From positions 36,892,001 through 36,956,000 of the forward strand of contig NC_086097.1 in NCBI RefSeq assembly GCF_963921235.1: a stretch of DNA of 64,000 nucleotides, in the 5' to 3' direction. The DNA comes from Mobula hypostoma. Lineage: Eukaryota. Each line of letters begins with the position of its first letter. Positions within the stretch are counted from its first letter, which is position 1. Both the position numbers and the translations under genes were made by a program. The notes under the pieces were generated by a model. That model did not search any database. It was not told where the DNA came from and was given only the letters and a program-made list of their open reading frames with translations. Below are positions 59,991 through 64,000 of this stretch, piece by piece.

Positions 59991-60819
59991 TTCTTTTCAG
60001 ATTTACACCATCCATTTTTCTTTCATTCCTCTCTCCACAGGTGAGGCTGTACTTCTCTTTACAGTCAACAACTGCCAGTTGCTAAAGAACTTGTTACCTC
60101 GACAACTTGGAACTCAACAACATTTCCTCTGGCCTCCCTGCATCTCGGAACATATTTGCTCTCTCGTCCTGGCAGAAAGCTCCTTCATCAGAAACATGGT
60201 CTCTGCTTCTCTCCTCATTGATGCTGCCTGTTTTGTGATTTTTAGCACAGTTTTTGCTCCGGTTTATTTAAAGGCAGACAAGACTTTTGCAGATATGTCA
60301 CTTGTGGCTCCTGGTTAACCATTGTGTTTTCTCACCATTTACAAGCTGTGAAAAAAAGATTAATTCTTGAGTTTGAGAAAAATAACCTGCTGGATGCGTT
60401 AGGATTAAATTTATTGTAGTTGCAGGAGCCACTTATCTGTTTTCTATTTGCTCTGTATTCTGTGTTGCGTGTTTATTGTGGTAACTAGTCACACTAGTGG
60501 GGGTGTGGTAAAACCGAAGGGAATAAGTTACGTATTCTTGCTTATTTCATGGCAACTTGTGGCATGGGACCGGTGGAGGTCATATCTTTGCTGACCACTT
60601 CATATCACTTTATACCACTTCAGGATTGTAGGTTTGCTAATTGCTAATAAAGGATTGGAATAAAGAAATTGACTCTTTGGAACAATCATTTCACTGGAGC
60701 TGGGGGTACAAGTATAACAATTCCATACAGTCACAGACAGGCGGGATTTGTTTCGTTTTGATTTTGAATCTTTTTTTTTGCTATTGCAGTAGTTGTGGGT
60801 GGTTTACTAGGGTGACTAT

Positions 60820-61612
60820 TAGAAAAGGGAAAGGAAGAGGAGAAGAGGAAGCAGTAGAGAAGGGGGAAGGATGGGGAGAAAGATGAAGGGAGAGAAGAAA
60901 GCAGAAAAAGAAGGTGACAGGAATGGAGAAGAAGAAGCAGATAAAGAAGAGAAATGAGGAGGAGAATGCAGTGTAGGAGATGAGAAAGAGAAGTGAAGGC
61001 GGAAGAGGAGAAGGATAAGAAGAAAAAATGAGGAGAAGGAGAGGAAAAAGAATAGGAAGAAGAGAAAAATACAGGAAAAAGAGATAAAGGAGAAAGAGCA
61101 TGTAAAAGTGAAAGGAAGAGATAAAAAATGATGAAGGTGAGGAAGAGAAAGAAGAAATTGGAAAGAAGTATGAGAAGAAAAAAGAAAAGGAGTTGGTAGA
61201 AGACAAGAAAAAGGAAAAGGAGTGGAGAATAAAGAATGAAGAGGAAGGAGCAAATTAATAATAAGGAAAAGAGAAAGGAGCAGGAGAAGGAGGAAGAGAT
61301 GCAGGAAGAGGAAGTGAATAGGAGAAGAGAGAAGAAGACTGAGGAGCTCAGGGGAACTGGAGGGAATAGAGGTAAAGGAAGTGGAAGTGATAACAAGAGG
61401 AGTTGAGAGATAAGAGGTGAAGGAGAGAAGAAAGTTAGAAGAGATTTGGAGAAAGTGGAGAGGAGACCTGACAACAAAGGAAGAAGAGACAGGGAGAGAA
61501 GAGGTGAATGTGGAGGAAGAGACATGAAGGAACGGGGAGGAGCAGAAGAGGAAAAACAGGTCAGAAAAAAATGGAGAGAGGTGGAGCAAATGAGGTAAGA
61601 GAGAGAAGGGGA
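60820..61612. repeat. Purine-rich (GA) low-complexity tract, ~790 bp
   Basis: Plus strand is almost entirely A/G with no fixed period. Confidence 0.95.
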
Positions 61613-61919
61613 CGGCTTGGAGACTGATAGACCTTCAGGAGACCATTTTCTTACCTGATTTTCACTTTAACAATTCTAAAGTTTGGCAGAGAAAACATCT
61701 GGTCAGGCCATGCCTAATTCAATTTGTTATGTGTTTTTACTTCAAAGCAAGCGGAAGTATGGAATAATGGACAAGATTAAACTGCTGAAGTCAATGATAA
61801 TATATATTGGGAGGTATGTAAATAAAGCATTTTACAATAGCTGAGACAAGCCCTGGCTTGCTTTAGCAACATTCTTGTATGCAGGAGGATTTTTTTTTGC
61901 AGTCTCTTTCCAGGCCTGA

Positions 61920-63140
61920 TCATAGTCACAGATCCATGGAGAGGAGCAGCGCAGAAATGGCCCTTTCAGCCCATGACAAGCTTTTGGCTCATCCACACTA
62001 ATCCCATTTGCCCACATTAGGTCATAACTTTCAGTGCCTTGTCTATTTAACAACCCGTTTAAATCTCTCTTAAATGTATGTGACTCCCCCAGCTCCTCTG
62101 GCAGTGTGTTTCAGATATAAGCCATCCTCTGTATAAAAAAAGTCTCTTCAAATCCCTCCTTAAACCTATTCCCCCTTATTATTGGTAATCCAACATGAGG
62201 AAAGATTCTGTTCATAATTTCATATACTTCTATCACATTTGCTTCAGGGAAAACAAACTCAGTGTATCCAATTTCACCCTATTAGTAAGGTCCACCAATC
62301 TAGGCAACATCCCAGTGAATCTCCAGTGTAACAACGTGTCTCCTGTAGTATGCTAACCAGAACTGCGCACAACATTCCATGTGGAGTATAACCACGCCCC
62401 AGTTACAATATTGTGTGCAGCTTTGTTTTGTATTTGTTGTGCATTTGAGTTATGTAATCTCAACATAATTCAACTGCCCCAACCTTTGAAGACAAGCATG
62501 AAATCACCCCCACCCTGCCCCCCATGAATACAAACAAGTAACATTCATTTAGCACTTGCCCCACATCACCAGGCTGCACACACGGATTATCTCTTTGCCC
62601 CTTCGGGGACCCATTCTTTACCTGACTAGCCTTGTGCTCAAAATATACTTATAAAATGCCTTGTGATTTTCCTTAATCTTACTTGTAAAGGATATTTTGT
62701 GGCCCTTTTTTGTCTTTCTAATTTATTTTTTTCTGGAGTTCTCTCTTACACACTCTTTATCCTTTAAGAGAGTCCCTTGATCCCAATTGATTATACCTGC
62801 CCCTATGTTTCCTTTATTTTTCCTGATCAAACATTCAATACCTTTTGTCATGTAAGCTTCCCTTTCTTTACTGTTCACCCTTAACTGAACATACTGACCC
62901 AGAATTCTTTCTAATTGTCTTTTAAAAGATCCACACTTGTTAGTTGTTGTTTCACCAGCAAGCACCTGCTCTCAATCTACTGCTTTCCAGGTCTGCGCTT
63001 ATACTATTGATCTTAAAATGGGGGCCAACCTTATTCCTTTCCATAACTACCTTAACACTTACAGAATCACATTGCCAAAGTATTTTCCACCAACACTTCC
63101 ATCACCTGCCCAGTTTCACTTAAGTACAACTCCTTTTCCA
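61920..63140 (-). mobile_element. Highly degenerate CR1 fragments
   Basis: 3' UTR remnant (GGCCCTTTCAGCCCA, CTAATCCCATTTGCC), ACCAGAACTGCGCACAA, and ATACTTATAAAATGCCTT...TTTTCCTTAAT (IKEN.KAFYKY). Confidence 0.6.
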
Positions 63141-63355
63141 TTATCTTCTTACTCCATGTCCTTTGTTTTGGTTTCTCCTAGCTCTACATTTTTCATGTTT
63201 TTTTTGTTTTAAAATAAATGCATTTGAAACAGCGACAAAAGAGTTGAATGAAAATATTCTCCTCCCTAATCAGGATGCACTACAGTCCTTGTTTATTAAC
63301 AGTTACAGAGGAAGTGCAGTGCAGGTAAACAATAAAGAACAAGATTGTATCAAGG

Positions 63356-63808
63356 TAGCAACACACATCAAAGTTGCTGGTGAACGCAGCAGGCCAGGCA
63401 GCATCTCTAGGAAGAGGTACAGTTGACGTTTCGGGCCGAGACCCTTCGTCAGGACTAACTGAAAGAAGAGCTAGTAAGAGATTTGAAAGTTGGAGGGGGA
63501 GGGGGAGATCCAAAATGATAGGAGAAGACAGGAGGGGGAGGGATGGAGCCAAGAGCTGGACACCTGATGAGCAAAAGGGATATGAGAGGATCATGGGACA
63601 GGAGGCTTAGAGAGAAAGAAAAGGGGGAAGGGGGGAGAAAACCCCAGAGGATGGGCAAGGGGTATAGTGAAAGGGACAGAGGGATAAAAAGGAGAGAGAG
63701 AAAAAGAATGTGTGTATATAAATAAATAACGGATGGGGTACGAGGGGGAGGTAGGGCATTAGTGGAAGTTCAAGAAGTCAATGTTCATGCCATCAGGTTG
63801 GAGGCTAG
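63356..63808 (-). mobile_element. PLE 3' end (GIY-YIG C-terminus, 3' UTR, pLTR)
   Basis: Minus strand SLQPDGMNIDFLNFH*, then a pyrimidine-rich UTR and a hammerhead motif. Confidence 0.88.
63421..63456 (-). ncRNA. Minimal hammerhead ribozyme motif
   Basis: Minus strand AGTC CTGACGA A GGGT CTCG GCCC GAAA CG TC AACT; core and stem II intact, one mismatch in stem I. Confidence 0.65.
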
Positions 63809-63809
63809 A

Positions 63810-64000
63810 AAGATAGAATGTGAGGTCAGAAGTTACCTTATCGTACAAGAGGTTCATTGAAGAGTCTGATACAGTGGGGTAGAGGTTGTCCTTGAGCCTG
63901 GAGGATCATGCTTTCAGGCTTTTGCATCTTCTACCTGATAGGAGAGCGGAGAATATCTGGGGTGGATTGACTCTTTGATTATGCTGGCTACATTACTGAG
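63810..64000 (-). mobile_element. Rex1/Babar-type LINE 3' end, running off the window
   Basis: TTGTCCTTGAGCCTGG...CTTTCAGGCTTTTGCATCTTCTACCTGATAGGAG is similar to 345-400 and 59850-59900. Confidence 0.6.

Noticed and set aside
60150..60260. Possible additional PLE hammerhead copy (also ~24860-24920 and ~33540-33670)
   Set aside because: Too decayed: the CUGANGA core is not preserved, so no ribozyme call is supportable.
60731..61589. Three overlapping Leu/Phe/Ser-rich ORFs resembling membrane proteins
   Set aside because: Artefact of the polypyrimidine strand; all three frames are open.

Overview
Repeat-dominated vertebrate genomic DNA. The mix of CR1 LINEs with esterase ORF1, Rex1/Babar LINEs, V-SINEs and Penelope-like pseudo-LTR fragments points to a cartilaginous fish, probably a ray or skate (inference). 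I could not recognise any host protein-coding exon, tRNA, rRNA or CRISPR array; every recognisable ORF is transposon-derived. Highlights: (1) an internally deleted Academ-like DNA transposon (11728-18261) with ~130-bp TAG...CTA terminal inverted repeats and an open transposase fragment, carrying three nested insertions; (2) several Penelope-like pLTR insertions carrying a minimal hammerhead ribozyme motif, two of the insertions being fold-back structures with 13-17-bp target duplications; (3) a candidate -1 ribosomal frameshift heptamer (U_UUA_AAC/U) at the ORF1/ORF2 junction of CR1 copies; (4) a ~1.4-kb G-rich minisatellite inside a Penelope element, built from tandem consensus 5' splice sites; (5) a solo LTR, a Helitron helicase relic, Tc1-derived elements with a doubled left TIR, and ~80-bp hAT/Charlie MITEs. 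Family names come from my recognition of motifs, not from database searches, and the boundaries of old degenerate elements are approximate.
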